A stretch of 64,000 bases of DNA, from NCBI GenBank assembly GCA_963667005.1, contig OY762937.1:1689279-1753278 (forward strand), read 5' to 3'. Source of the stretch: Ignavibacteriaceae bacterium. GTDB taxonomy: Bacteria > Bacteroidota > Ignavibacteria > Ignavibacteriales > Ignavibacteriaceae. A model generated the notes under the pieces. That model did no database searches and was not told where the DNA came from. It was given only the letters and a program-made list of their open reading frames with translations. The position numbers were made by a program, and so were the translations under genes. Of this stretch, positions 1 to 10,400 are shown in pieces; the stretch's first letter is position 1; every line of letters starts with the position of its first letter.

Positions 1-45
1 GCAAAAAATGCCCAAAAAATTGCAAATTAAGAGAAAATTCGGGCT

Positions 46-1068
46 TTAGTGCCCTATGCCATTCCGAATTTCATACAATTCCATGTATTTAGAAACCGGA
101 GTATTGCCGCTCCACTGCCTTGTTATGATGCCGAAAAACATCATTGCGCAAAACAAAAGGACAGCAATGAGTGATATTGTGAGGGTGTTTAGCTTTTTAT
201 GTGCGCCCACCGGATGGATGTTCAATGTGTCGTTGACTGGACAAGCATCTACACATTGCATGCAGGAAGTACATTCATCGGAAATAACATAATGTGCTTT
301 GCTGACCTTAATGGACGAAGGGCAAACTTTGTCACAAAGACTGCAATCAATACAAGTACCGGCAGTTCGTTTAATTTTTAGGATGCTGAGAAGTCCCGTT
401 AATCCGAGCAATGCACCATATGGACAAAGGTATCTGCACCAGAAATTCTTAATTGGAATGGAAAAGAGTACCAGAATGGTTAAAATATTAATTGAGAATG
501 GAGAGAGGAACCGGAAAAAATCAAAGAGTTTGATGTCGGCAATAATGTTATAGTCACTATCTAAGAAAAGTGCGAGCTGTTGAACGCTCATGGAGACAAT
601 TGTAGAAACAAAGAAAAACAAGAGCAGATATTTTAATGCCCTGAGCGGGTAGTCTGCCCAGCGTGGTAATTTCAAATTTTTCTTAAATAGCTTGTGCCCG
701 AATTCACCAATTAAATCCGAGATGAACCCGACAGGACAAACCCATGAGCAGAAGGATTTGCCAAGGACAAATGACATGAGAAGGATGCCAGAAAAAATAA
801 AAAATCCCGCCGGGTGAACCTGATGAACAACACCGGTTTGCAAAAAATATACTAAACTCATAAGAGAAGAAATAGGGAGATAGGCCTCAACACCCGCAGG
901 TCTATAGGTGCTGCCGTGTACGCCATGCGATTCGAGGTAGGTTGTGAATAAATAAAACTCAACACCTATCCAGATACTGATAAGCGTGAAAAGTATTTGA
1001 GAACTTAACCGTAAACGCTGAACATCTTTTTCGTTATTTTTTACAATTGTTGTTTTCCGTGGAGTCAT
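46..1068 (-). CDS. NapH/MauN-like polyferredoxin membrane protein (4Fe-4S binding)
   Basis: 340-aa ORF. It has two ferredoxin-type CxxCxxCxxxCP motifs (CIDCSLCDKVCP, CTSCMQCVDACP) and two CxxxCP motifs (CSWVCPVG, CRYLCPYG) set among hydrophobic helices. This is the NapH/MauN/NosR-type pattern. Confidence 0.7.
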   Translation of the reverse strand: MTPRKTTIVKNNEKDVQRLRLSSQILFTLISIWIGVEFYLFTTYLESHGVHGSTYRPAGVEAYLPISSLMSLVYFLQTGVVHQVHPAGFFIFSGILLMSFVLGKSFCSWVCPVGFISDLIGEFGHKLFKKNLKLPRWADYPLRALKYLLLFFFVSTIVSMSVQQLALFLDSDYNIIADIKLFDFFRFLSPFSINILTILVLFSIPIKNFWCRYLCPYGALLGLTGLLSILKIKRTAGTCIDCSLCDKVCPSSIKVSKAHYVISDECTSCMQCVDACPVNDTLNIHPVGAHKKLNTLTISLIAVLLFCAMMFFGIITRQWSGNTPVSKYMELYEIRNGIGH

Positions 1069-1104
1069 ACAAAGCCATCATATCAAATTGAATAATCATC
1101 TAAT

Positions 1105-1917
1105 CTAAATCCTGAAAAATGCAGCAAAGTAAAGTGCGTATACCGCGAAGGCATATCCCAAATGTTTAAAGTAAACTTTTTCGCGAACCACAAACACGCC
1201 GAGCATACAATGGGCAATCATAGGGATGAATGCCAGAGCGCCCATAGCCGACAATTTGTTAAATATCTGAAGGGCAAATATGAGCGTAAGCAGTAGAAGC
1301 TGATACATGTGGTTCGCACTGCGGAAACGGTAATACTTTATTGATTTTTCGCTATGTGTGTCTTTGCTAGGCTGAAGCATCTTCGTGTGAATATATAATG
1401 CGGACGAAATAAAATATAATGCGTTATACAGCCAGAGTAAAAGCATAGTATAAAGCGATGAACCACCCAGGAAATAATATACTGCGGGCGAAACAATAGC
1501 CAGTCCTATTATGGCGCTTATGTCACGGATGAGCGGCGCTTTGAAATTCCTATCTGCGAGTAATCCGAAAGCAAAACAGAAAGCGGCAATTAGTCCAAAC
1601 AGAAGCAGCGCATACATTTGATAATATATAACGGCAACAGTACCAGCGGACAATCCGATTACTGTGTATATAATAAACCAGAGAAGGGCTGCGCGGTATT
1701 TTACCGAATTCCGTTTCTGATTTTTGATTTCGGAGAATAAAATTTCTGCCGGAGTATAAGCGAAGAATAGAAAAAATAGTGCGACTAGGAACGGTGCCAG
1801 TGCAACAGATGCTTTTGGAGCATGGATTATACCTGTGACAGCCGGAACGATGAGCATTGCCCATGTGCCGTGCTCTTTTACGAAGACCGGCTTTTTCAAA
1901 AGTGAAAGATCAATCAT
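1105..1917 (-). CDS. Polytopic integral membrane protein (possibly YwiC-like)
   Basis: 270-aa ORF made almost entirely of hydrophobic helices. Its start overlaps the stop of the upstream Rrf2 gene by 8 nt (1910-1917), implying one operon. The family label is from memory of gene context and is unverified. Confidence 0.55.
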   Translation of the reverse strand: MIDLSLLKKPVFVKEHGTWAMLIVPAVTGIIHAPKASVALAPFLVALFFLFFAYTPAEILFSEIKNQKRNSVKYRAALLWFIIYTVIGLSAGTVAVIYYQMYALLLFGLIAAFCFAFGLLADRNFKAPLIRDISAIIGLAIVSPAVYYFLGGSSLYTMLLLWLYNALYFISSALYIHTKMLQPSKDTHSEKSIKYYRFRSANHMYQLLLLTLIFALQIFNKLSAMGALAFIPMIAHCMLGVFVVREKVYFKHLGYAFAVYALYFAAFFRI

Positions 1918-2350
1918 GCCTGATACTGTTTATCTTATTCTTTGTGAGCAGCAAAAAACTATCTATCGTTTCTTTACTGAGCATGGCGTACGTTTCATGG
2001 TTGATTTTTGACCATGTTGCGTGAACAGGGCAGGGAGTATCATTAGAGCAATTCGGGAAACCAAGTACACATTGAGAAAATATACTGTTACCGTCTATGG
2101 CATTTACAATATCTATCAGTTTTAACTCCGCCGGATTGCGATTCAGCAAAAATCCGCCGTTCTTTCCTTTTTTGGATTCAACGATTCCGGACGGGGTCAA
2201 CTCCTGAAGGATTTTTGAAACAAATTCTTTCGGGATTTGCAATTCCCTTGCAATTTCTTCGGCGTTTGATGCGGTTCCGTGCGGCAACGAGGATAGGAAA
2301 AGTACCGCTTGGATGCCATATTCGCACTTTTTTGAGAATATTATTGACAT
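1910..2350 (-). CDS. Rrf2-family transcriptional regulator with Fe-S ligand motif
   Basis: 146 aa. The N-terminal winged-helix region is typical of Rrf2 (SKKCEYGIQAVLFLSS...). The C-terminal CVLGFPNCSNDTPCPVH gives C-x6-C-x5-C-x2-H, close to the IscR/NsrR cluster-ligand spacing. Confidence 0.85.
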   Translation of the reverse strand: MSIIFSKKCEYGIQAVLFLSSLPHGTASNAEEIARELQIPKEFVSKILQELTPSGIVESKKGKNGGFLLNRNPAELKLIDIVNAIDGNSIFSQCVLGFPNCSNDTPCPVHATWSKINHETYAMLSKETIDSFLLLTKNKINSIRHD

Positions 2351-2370
2351 ATCGGACTATTTTGTCTGAT
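2351..2370 (-). promoter_or_regulatory. Candidate Rrf2 autoregulatory operator (imperfect palindrome ATCGGAC-tatttt-GTCTGAT)
   Basis: Inverted repeat with a GAC...GTC core directly abutting the Rrf2 start codon, loosely like IscR type-1 half-sites. Single occurrence, so weak. Confidence 0.2.
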
Positions 2371-2459
2371 TAAAAATAATTCACATAGTTAATATATAGG
2401 TATTCTTCTCTAAATAGCAAGTGGGAAATTAAGGAAACAAAAATGAGCGAGTGGAGTTG

Positions 2460-3440
2460 TTATTTCGAAGAATTTTTCTGCTCGTCATTATGCAGCCCTG
2501 CTTGGACCCGATCATGGAAGAGCTTCCCCATTTCTGCGCCGATAATGAAAACCATCGAGGAGTAATAAATCCAGAATGCTACAACGATAACCAACGCATA
2601 GGCACCGTAAACTTTGCCGTAAGTGGCAAAATGGTAGAGGTAATAACCGAAGACATGTTTAGCGCCTTCCCAGAGTATTCCGGCCCATATGGCACCGAAG
2701 AACACTGCGCGCCGCCTGATTTTTACTACCGGAACATAACGGTATAAAATGGCAAAAACAGTAGTAATGATAACAAATGAAAATGCCGTCGTGAAGAACT
2801 TCTGAAAAATTGAGTACTGCAAAAATTTCAACTCAACGATGTACTCGGAGAATTTACGCAAGACATCAATCATCGGCAGCAAAACACTCGAGACAAGAAA
2901 AGCAGCAACTGTTATTATGATCAGTGCGAAATCACGCAGCTTACCGAGAAAGAAATTAATATCAATGCGGCGTCCGAATACCGTATTGAGAATAGTCCTG
3001 ATGCTGCTTGAAAATCCGCTTGCGGTAACCATGAGTCCTACCAAGCCGAAAAATCCCGCTACATTTTTGTACTGAATAACTTCGGCAATACGCTTCGTCA
3101 ATATTTCCTTGATGTACTCCGAGTACATTTCATAGGGGATAACTGTATCAATGAGTGTGTTGATCTGCATCTGCACAGAAGTCGAATCAAGTAAAATACC
3201 AAGGAGCCAGAAGAGAATAAGTACGAATGGAATGATGCAGATAAAAATGGAAAACGCGAGTCCGCCTGCGAATATAAAAATATGATGGTCATCAAAATTA
3301 AACCACAGACCTTTTGTATAATAAGCCATTCTATCCCAGAACGTCTTTACCGGTTTGGAAATCCAATAGAGCAATTTCAATCTGTGCATGAGCAGACGGT
3401 ATCGTGCCCGCAGTCTCAAAATACTCTTATTCTGTTTCAA
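2460..3440 (-). CDS. YihY/BrkB-family membrane protein
   Basis: 326 aa with about 6 TM helices. The N-terminal region (FAGGLAFSIFICIIPFVLILF) and overall layout are typical of the YihY (former RNase BN-like) family. Confidence 0.75.
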   Translation of the reverse strand: MKQNKSILRLRARYRLLMHRLKLLYWISKPVKTFWDRMAYYTKGLWFNFDDHHIFIFAGGLAFSIFICIIPFVLILFWLLGILLDSTSVQMQINTLIDTVIPYEMYSEYIKEILTKRIAEVIQYKNVAGFFGLVGLMVTASGFSSSIRTILNTVFGRRIDINFFLGKLRDFALIIITVAAFLVSSVLLPMIDVLRKFSEYIVELKFLQYSIFQKFFTTAFSFVIITTVFAILYRYVPVVKIRRRAVFFGAIWAGILWEGAKHVFGYYLYHFATYGKVYGAYALVIVVAFWIYYSSMVFIIGAEMGKLFHDRVQAGLHNDEQKNSSK

Positions 3441-3447
3441 TAATGGC

Positions 3448-4503
3448 TCAATTCTTTTCTGCCGGCAATTCGTGGGAAAGGCAGTGAAGCGTTCCCAGGC
3501 CCCAGACGAGATCTACTGCATGGATGCCGCACACTTCACGGTCTTTGAATAAGCGGGAAAGTATTTGCAGGGCTATTTTGTCGTTCGGGTCATTGAATGT
3601 CGGGACAAGTACATATGAATTAGTGATATAGAAATTCGCGTAACTTGCCGGTAACCGCATTCCGTCGAAAATAACCGGCTTGGGGAGCGGAAGCGGAACA
3701 ACTTTTAATTTCTTGCCATTATGCAGAGTGACATTTTTCAGGCGGCTGATATTCTCTTCAAGCAGGGCATGATTGCCGTCGCTTTTATCCGGCTCGCGGC
3801 AAATCACAACGGTATCGGAATTGACAAACCGGCACAAGTCATCAACATGTCCATGTGTGTCATCACCGAGAATACCTTTATTGAGCCAGATGGTCTGCTT
3901 AATGCCAAAGTATTTTTCGAAAAACTCTTCGTAATCTCTTTTTGTGAAACCCGGATTGCGCACCTGTGTCACCGGATCAAGCAGGCACTCTTCGGTTGTC
4001 AGCATCGTACCTTCGCCGTTTGTATCAATAGAACCGCCTTCAAGCACAACATGACGGCCGCCATGAATACCGCTGATAACATTGGTTTTTAATTTTTTAC
4101 CGAGGAATGGTTGCAACTTCGCATCCAATTTCCAGTTGTCGTACTTTGCCCAGCCGTTAAAGCGTACATGAACCAGAGTACGTTTACCGCTTTTATCCAA
4201 TACGAAGGGAGGGGCCGAATCGCGCATCCAGCTTCGGTCAGTCGGCAGTGAATAGAACGTAATCTTATTCAAATCAATGCCGACCTTTGTTAAAAGCTTG
4301 ACAACAAAATCTTTTTGCTTTGCATCCTGTACAAGCAAAATAACCTGCTCGCCGCGGGTTATCTTTTTTACAATTTCGCCATAGACCCAGTGAATCGGAA
4401 TGTACTTTCCGGGCCAGTCTGACTTTATGGTCGGCCAGCAAAGAATGGTGGCTTCGTGCTTTTCCCATTCGGCAGGGAGGCGGTATGTTGATTTCAATGC
4501 CAT
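3448..4503 (-). CDS. aguA: Agmatine deiminase
   Basis: 351 aa. N-terminal LPAEWEKHEATILCWP and C-terminal GTLHCLSHE (catalytic Cys context) match the agmatine deiminase/PAD family. It sits adjacent to aguB. Confidence 0.9.
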   Translation of the reverse strand: MALKSTYRLPAEWEKHEATILCWPTIKSDWPGKYIPIHWVYGEIVKKITRGEQVILLVQDAKQKDFVVKLLTKVGIDLNKITFYSLPTDRSWMRDSAPPFVLDKSGKRTLVHVRFNGWAKYDNWKLDAKLQPFLGKKLKTNVISGIHGGRHVVLEGGSIDTNGEGTMLTTEECLLDPVTQVRNPGFTKRDYEEFFEKYFGIKQTIWLNKGILGDDTHGHVDDLCRFVNSDTVVICREPDKSDGNHALLEENISRLKNVTLHNGKKLKVVPLPLPKPVIFDGMRLPASYANFYITNSYVLVPTFNDPNDKIALQILSRLFKDREVCGIHAVDLVWGLGTLHCLSHELPAEKN

Positions 4504-4506
4504 AGG

Positions 4507-5400
4507 TTAATCAATAAACCGTTTTGTAATATCAGAGTAGGAATCAATTCTTCTATCCCGCAGGTACGGCCAGTTTCTTCTGATGTCTTCGAGATGATCA
4601 ATGTCAATGTCCGCAATGATAACTTCTTCCTTATCGGTTGAAGCCTGTGCAAGGATAACACCTTGCGGATCGGCAATAAACGACGAGCCCCAGAACTCAA
4701 TTCCTGCTTGCTCTTTCACGGGCTGTTCGAATCCTGTTCTGTTGACACCCGCGACGTAACAACCGTTGGCTATAGCATGGCCGCGTTGAACGGTCATCCA
4801 CGCGTCGCGTTGTTGAGCACCATACTGTTTTTTCTCATATGGATGCCAGCCGATCGCTGTCGGGTAGCACAATATCGGAGCGCCCTGCAAAGCAGTGAGG
4901 CGTGCGCCTTCGGGGAACCACTGATCCCAGCAAACCAATGTGCCGATTTTACCATGCGCAGTATCAATTGCTTTGAATCCGAGATCTCCCGGAGTGAAAT
5001 AAAATTTTTCGTAGTAAGCCGGATCATCAGGGATGTGCATTTTTCTATATATACCGGCTACCGAACCATCGTTATTTATGACAACGGCGGTATTATGATA
5101 CAATCCTGCTGCGCGTTTTTCGAAAAGCGATGCAATGATAACGACTTTATGCTTTTTTGCAATTGCCTGAAATGCTTTTGTGCTCGGTCCGGGAATCGGT
5201 TCTGCCAGATTAAAAAGTTTAATGTCTTCTTTTTGGCAGAAGTATTGTGTTCTATATAATTCCGGCAGGCAGATAACCTGCGCTCCAGCCTTGGCGGCTT
5301 CTTTAACCATCACTTCCGCTTTTGACTGGTTTTCAGCTGGCGAAGGTGAACAGGCCATTTGAATAAGGCCGAATGCAAAGTTTTTTGAATGCTTTTTCAT
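4507..5400 (-). CDS. aguB: N-carbamoylputrescine amidase (nitrilase superfamily)
   Basis: 297 aa carbon-nitrogen hydrolase fold (ICLPELY..., LVCWDQWFPE with catalytic Cys). It ends 3 nt upstream of the aguA start. Confidence 0.85.
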   Translation of the reverse strand: MKKHSKNFAFGLIQMACSPSPAENQSKAEVMVKEAAKAGAQVICLPELYRTQYFCQKEDIKLFNLAEPIPGPSTKAFQAIAKKHKVVIIASLFEKRAAGLYHNTAVVINNDGSVAGIYRKMHIPDDPAYYEKFYFTPGDLGFKAIDTAHGKIGTLVCWDQWFPEGARLTALQGAPILCYPTAIGWHPYEKKQYGAQQRDAWMTVQRGHAIANGCYVAGVNRTGFEQPVKEQAGIEFWGSSFIADPQGVILAQASTDKEEVIIADIDIDHLEDIRRNWPYLRDRRIDSYSDITKRFID

Positions 5401-5428
5401 TGTGTCTCAATTTCTTTTTTGCAATTTA

Positions 5429-6766
5429 CTAATATTCGATAACATTCTTAATGGTGCCGTCGGTATTAAATTCCTTGCGGTTCATCTGCTTGTTATTGTG
5501 GTAATAGTCCTCGTAACTTATTCTGCCTTCCGCGTCGTACTCGCGGATAAAGCCGTCTAACAGACCATGATAATATTTTTCTCTTCTCCAGATGCCGCCG
5601 TTACGCTGATAAATATAGCGCTCGCCATAGAGCTGACCGTCAACGTAATCTTCGAGTGTCAGCGGCAGGCCGTCTTCACGGTATGTTTTAAACTTGCCGT
5701 CGATTTTCCCTTTTTTGAGTGTCGCGACGGTATCCTGATATCCGTTTTTATAATAGGTCGTGTAATTACCGTTCAGGCCGTCTTTGGTATAAATACACTC
5801 GGAAAGAAGCTCGCCGGTTTCATAAAACTTTTGCATTACTCCAAGCGGTTTGCCGTTGATATAGTCAATCTTTGATGCAATGGTACCGCCTTCATGATAT
5901 GTTGTAACAACACCTTGAGTAGTATCATTGATAAAATAACTCTCTTCCAGCAAATATCCCGACGGATAGTATTTTTTGTACACACCCTGTTTTTTGCCAT
6001 CACGGATCAAATATTCATCCAGTACTGTGCCTGATGTGTGATAATTGTGCACATATTTTTCAACCGACTGCTGTTTACCGAGGTAATCATACCGGATTCT
6101 ATCAAGTAGTACGCCGTGTGAATACGTGTCCTTTACGCGAATGTCACCGGCAGAATCATAGATAAACAAAAATCCGTCAAGCTTATCATTTACATACGTG
6201 GCATCAACAGCTCTGTTGCCGTTATCATGGAACACAAGCGATTTTCCCTGCTGAACATCGTTCACGTAATATTTTTCGACTTCTTTCTTTCCGTTGGTAT
6301 AGTACGTATAAGAAACACCGTTTAACATACCATTCTTATATAACCAATCGCCCTGTAGCTCTCCCGTTTTGTAATAAGTTTTCGTCAGTCCTTCAAGTTT
6401 TCCGTTAGCATATTTTTGAATGGACCACAACTCTCCGGTCTCATAGTACCAGCGTGACTCGCCTTCACGGAGTCCGCCGATATAATTCCACTCGATATTT
6501 ACCTTGCCGTTCTCAAAATACCATGTGGATTTCCCGTTTTCTTTACCATTGCGGTAGGTCCAATTTTTCCACATTTTCCCGTTAGGATAATACTCGATAT
6601 AATTTCCGTTAAGTTTGCCGTTTGTGTAATCGCCAACGGATTTAACCGTGCCGTCAGGGTACAAAGTTTTTTGCTGAACGGTTTCGGTTGATTGAGCAAA
6701 GCTTATCTGAACCGCAATACAAATAAGGAGCAAAGAAATATATTTTTTATGTACAGGCAATATCAT
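5429..6766 (-). CDS. Secreted MORN-variant (YwqK-like) repeat protein
   Basis: 445 aa. A signal peptide (LLLICIAVQISFAQ) is followed by more than 15 tandem ~23-aa repeats of the form YYxNGklxxxxxYxNGkxxG. Confidence 0.75.
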   Translation of the reverse strand: MILPVHKKYISLLLICIAVQISFAQSTETVQQKTLYPDGTVKSVGDYTNGKLNGNYIEYYPNGKMWKNWTYRNGKENGKSTWYFENGKVNIEWNYIGGLREGESRWYYETGELWSIQKYANGKLEGLTKTYYKTGELQGDWLYKNGMLNGVSYTYYTNGKKEVEKYYVNDVQQGKSLVFHDNGNRAVDATYVNDKLDGFLFIYDSAGDIRVKDTYSHGVLLDRIRYDYLGKQQSVEKYVHNYHTSGTVLDEYLIRDGKKQGVYKKYYPSGYLLEESYFINDTTQGVVTTYHEGGTIASKIDYINGKPLGVMQKFYETGELLSECIYTKDGLNGNYTTYYKNGYQDTVATLKKGKIDGKFKTYREDGLPLTLEDYVDGQLYGERYIYQRNGGIWRREKYYHGLLDGFIREYDAEGRISYEDYYHNNKQMNRKEFNTDGTIKNVIEY

Positions 6767-7412
6767 TCGGAAATCATTTTGAGCGGCAAGCTAATGCCGG
6801 TTTATTAGTGTATAAATAACTTCAATTAAGGACAATATGTAAAATAGGAATGTTGCAATTAATGTGAAAGTGCGGAAAGGAAGATATGTTTGATAATGTG
6901 GCAATTAGCGAATAATCACCCTAAAAGCCTTGTATGATGAAAACGTGTTGGGGGTGATAAGCGCAGTTTTTTCATTGACAAGCTCAATATTATCAATGAA
7001 ATCAGAGTCGTATCATACTAATTACCGAAGCAGGCAAACTAACGCATTCAGAAATACAAATAATTATTGCATCGAGAGAATAGATATATTATATTCCACG
7101 TGGATGTTGAACTCAGAATCCAAAAAAGTGGAGACCTTGCCCCAATTATAAATTAGCGATGAAAGAAGATACCGAATGCGGGAGTTCCTTAAATGGAATC
7201 GTTGTATCTAAAATCCTATCCTCTTTTGTTGTGTGTTCTCGAAAAATCAGACTTCTGGAATGTATTCCAATCCATCTGCTGCCGCGAATTACATTCGGCG
7301 CATGTGGACAAAGATCAACCAATTGCAAAACTTTTTATGCATAAGTAGATTCTTGGAATTTGAGTATTCAGGGTTAAAGAGAGTTATTACCTAAACAAAT
7401 AGGAGTATTTAC

Positions 7413-10400
7413 ATGAATTCTATATCTATTAGATATTTTTTAATGTTGTTTTTGGTTCTCCTTATGAGAACGGGGCTTTCTTCTGAAAACATTCAAGGAA
7501 ATAAGAAACTTCCTGCTGACGTTAAGGGTTCACCAACACGAACGTATCTGAATATTAATACTATTTCAACGCAGTTTTCGAACGACGGGACAGCTGATAT
7601 TGATATTTCGGGCAATTCAGGATTTGTTTTTCCAAAAGGAAGTGGAAAAACATGCGTATTTCAATCCGGGCTCATTTGGGGTGCGAAAGTCGAAGGTGAT
7701 AATCAAGTACAAGTTGGTGGTTCGGCTTATGGCACGGGACTGCAGGCGGGCAAAATTGTTTCTGCAGGATTTGCTGAAGATCCTGCTCTCACCAAAAACA
7801 GAATCTATCGTGTTCGTGCCGACGTCTTTCCTGGCGCATCTGTTGATTTGAGTTCCGAAGCTGCCTTAGAAGGAAAAAGCGCTAGTGCATTATATGACCA
7901 ATATATTTTAGATTGGAATGAATGGCCAATTGCAGATGGTGCACCTTATTGGATAGACGTTGATGGGATTATAACCGGTGTTAAAATGGCTGTTATTCCT
8001 GGTGTCAAAGGTGCCAATCAAACAATCTGGTTTGTTGCGAATGATTTAAATGCCAACTTGACGAAGGGGTTATATGGTACTCAACCTTTAGGTATCGAGT
8101 ATCAGGCAACCTATTGGGCTTATAACAAGTCAGGTGCTTTGGGTGATGTAATATTTCGCAAATATAAATTGATAAATAAGTCAAACACACCTTTCACTAA
8201 CATGTACATTTCTATGTGGGCGGATCCCGATGTCGGTACTGCTACTGACGATTTTGTCGGCTGCGATACGTCTTTAAGTCTAGGTTATGCATACAATGCA
8301 AGTAGTGTTGACCTTGTTTATGACCCCCTACCACCACCTGCTGTTGGTTTTCAGCTTCTAGAAGGTCCCATTGTGAACGGAAGCAGTTTAGACACAGCAT
8401 ATTTTGGTGACCGCTTAATCATCGGTAAGAAAAACATTCCCATGACGGCCTTTTATTATTTTACCAATGGTGATGCCTCTGTTACAGATCCTCCAACGGG
8501 TTCTGCGAGTGGGGCGACTCAATTCTATAATTTTTTCCAGGGGAGGGTGGGTTTGACAGGTGAGTTGTTCCAAAATCCACAAAACCAATCAACAACTTTT
8601 GCCCTATCGGGAGATCCGGTAACTAAAACCGGGTGGATTGATGGGCAGTTACGCCCGGAAGGTGATAGGCGATTGGGACTTTCTTGCGGCCCAATTTACA
8701 TGGCAATAGGGGATACTCAGGAAGTTATTTATGCAGAATCCGCTTTTCTTAATAGGGTGGTCACGCCCAATGCAAATTTAAGCAATGTTAATTCCTTAAA
8801 AGATTTGGCAGGCAATCTGATGCATGTTTATAAGAACCGTATGGCGGTTTCAGTACAGGCAGACCAATTAGTAAAGACTAATTCGCCGATGACTCTAAAA
8901 GCAGAAACTCTGTTTTTTGATTTAGGTGAAGTCGTTTCGAATATCTCATGGCATATTATTTCATCGCCGACTGGAAGTAATGCTCTCATAAATTCTGCAT
9001 CACTTGATGCTGATTTTACGCCCGATATTGCCGGTGAATATAAGATAGTGGTTACACTTAAAACAGTAAGCGGCAAAGTTGCGAACGGAATAGTCACTGT
9101 TGAGGCAATAGATTTAAAACCACCCAAAGCTGAGTTTCGCTTTGCATCTTCTGAGATAACCTATGGAGATTCGGTTCTAATCGATGCATCTTCTTCGTCA
9201 GATCCACAAAATCTTTCATTAAATTACAGCTGGAGCACCTCAATTTACGGTGTCTTTAATAAACCTACAGGTAAAACGACCTATTATACTCCATATAATG
9301 CAGGATTGCAAAATTGTATTCTGCATCTCAACAACGGGACATTTTCTGTGGATACCAGCCGACCCCTCATGGTTCATCCGAAATTGTGGAATATTAATGC
9401 CCAATCCTCACTTGCCGTGGATGATCTCGCTGATTCGTCTAACTATCAGTTTATAAAATTCCAGGGTGACACACTGTATTGTACTATTCGTAACCCAACG
9501 GTTAATCAAATAAGAGTCTATTCAGTAAAAAATAATTCATTCGAACTGCTGCACACATTGGATATTCCGGGAATCCAGCAAGTGGTTAAAATGGAGAATA
9601 AATTGCTGTATGGTTTGACAGACGCGACTACCAGTTACACTTTGGGGAATGGTCCACTATCAATTTTTTCAATTGGTGAAGACTGGTCCATCACTCCTTT
9701 GTTGCAAAATTTTACCCCAACAGGAAAAGATATTGTCGGGATTAAATTTATAGATAGTCTTGCATATATTTACGATTATTCTTCGATTAGTTGTGTCAAT
9801 TTCAACAATCCCGCGGCTCCTGTCATCAAATATTCAATTCCATTGTCATATTATAACGCGCGATACTATTGGAAGAATTATCTTACTTGCTTAACCAAAG
9901 ATAATGTTACTGGTACCTGCTCAATTGTGCTTCGTAACTTAACGACCCTTGATAGTGTTACGACATGGCATATACCCAAATTAATCTACAGCTTTTCATT
10001 TGCAGGAAATTATCTACTGACTACATATTATGATACACTTGACGTATATGATGTGAGCAATATAGCAAGCCCGGTGAAAATCAGTTCCGCCTATACTCAA
10101 TCACCTGTCCCCTGGATAAAGTATGATAATTATTATGGCTCTGTTTCAGATATGGGGGCAAATCTAATTGATTTAAGTGGAGAAGCCGGCGATGAAATCT
10201 ATAATATCAGTAACCCATTAACGCCTCAGCTTGTTGCCAGTTATTATGGAGGCGGGCGTAAGCAAATTATTTCGAGCACTGGCGGATTTTTGGCTGTACC
10301 TAAAGACATGCGAATCACGATTACCCCTGGATCTTCGATAGATATAATTCAACTTACAAATCCAAATGATGTTAGTGAGGCAGTAAAAATCAATGCTAAT

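Noticed and set aside
5429-6766. Toxin-antitoxin role suggested by the common 'YwqK antitoxin' label for MORN-variant repeats.
   Set aside because: The protein is 445 aa with a signal peptide and has no adjacent toxin gene. The label is an annotation artefact for this repeat type.
6767-7412. Small ORFs (6930..7151, 7146..7328, 7159..7344) and a possible sRNA in the 646-bp AT-rich spacer.
   Set aside because: The ORFs overlap each other on both strands, lack RBS and have no recognisable motifs. I could not identify a promoter/terminator pair defining an sRNA. The region is left as unexplained spacer and probable promoter region for 7413.
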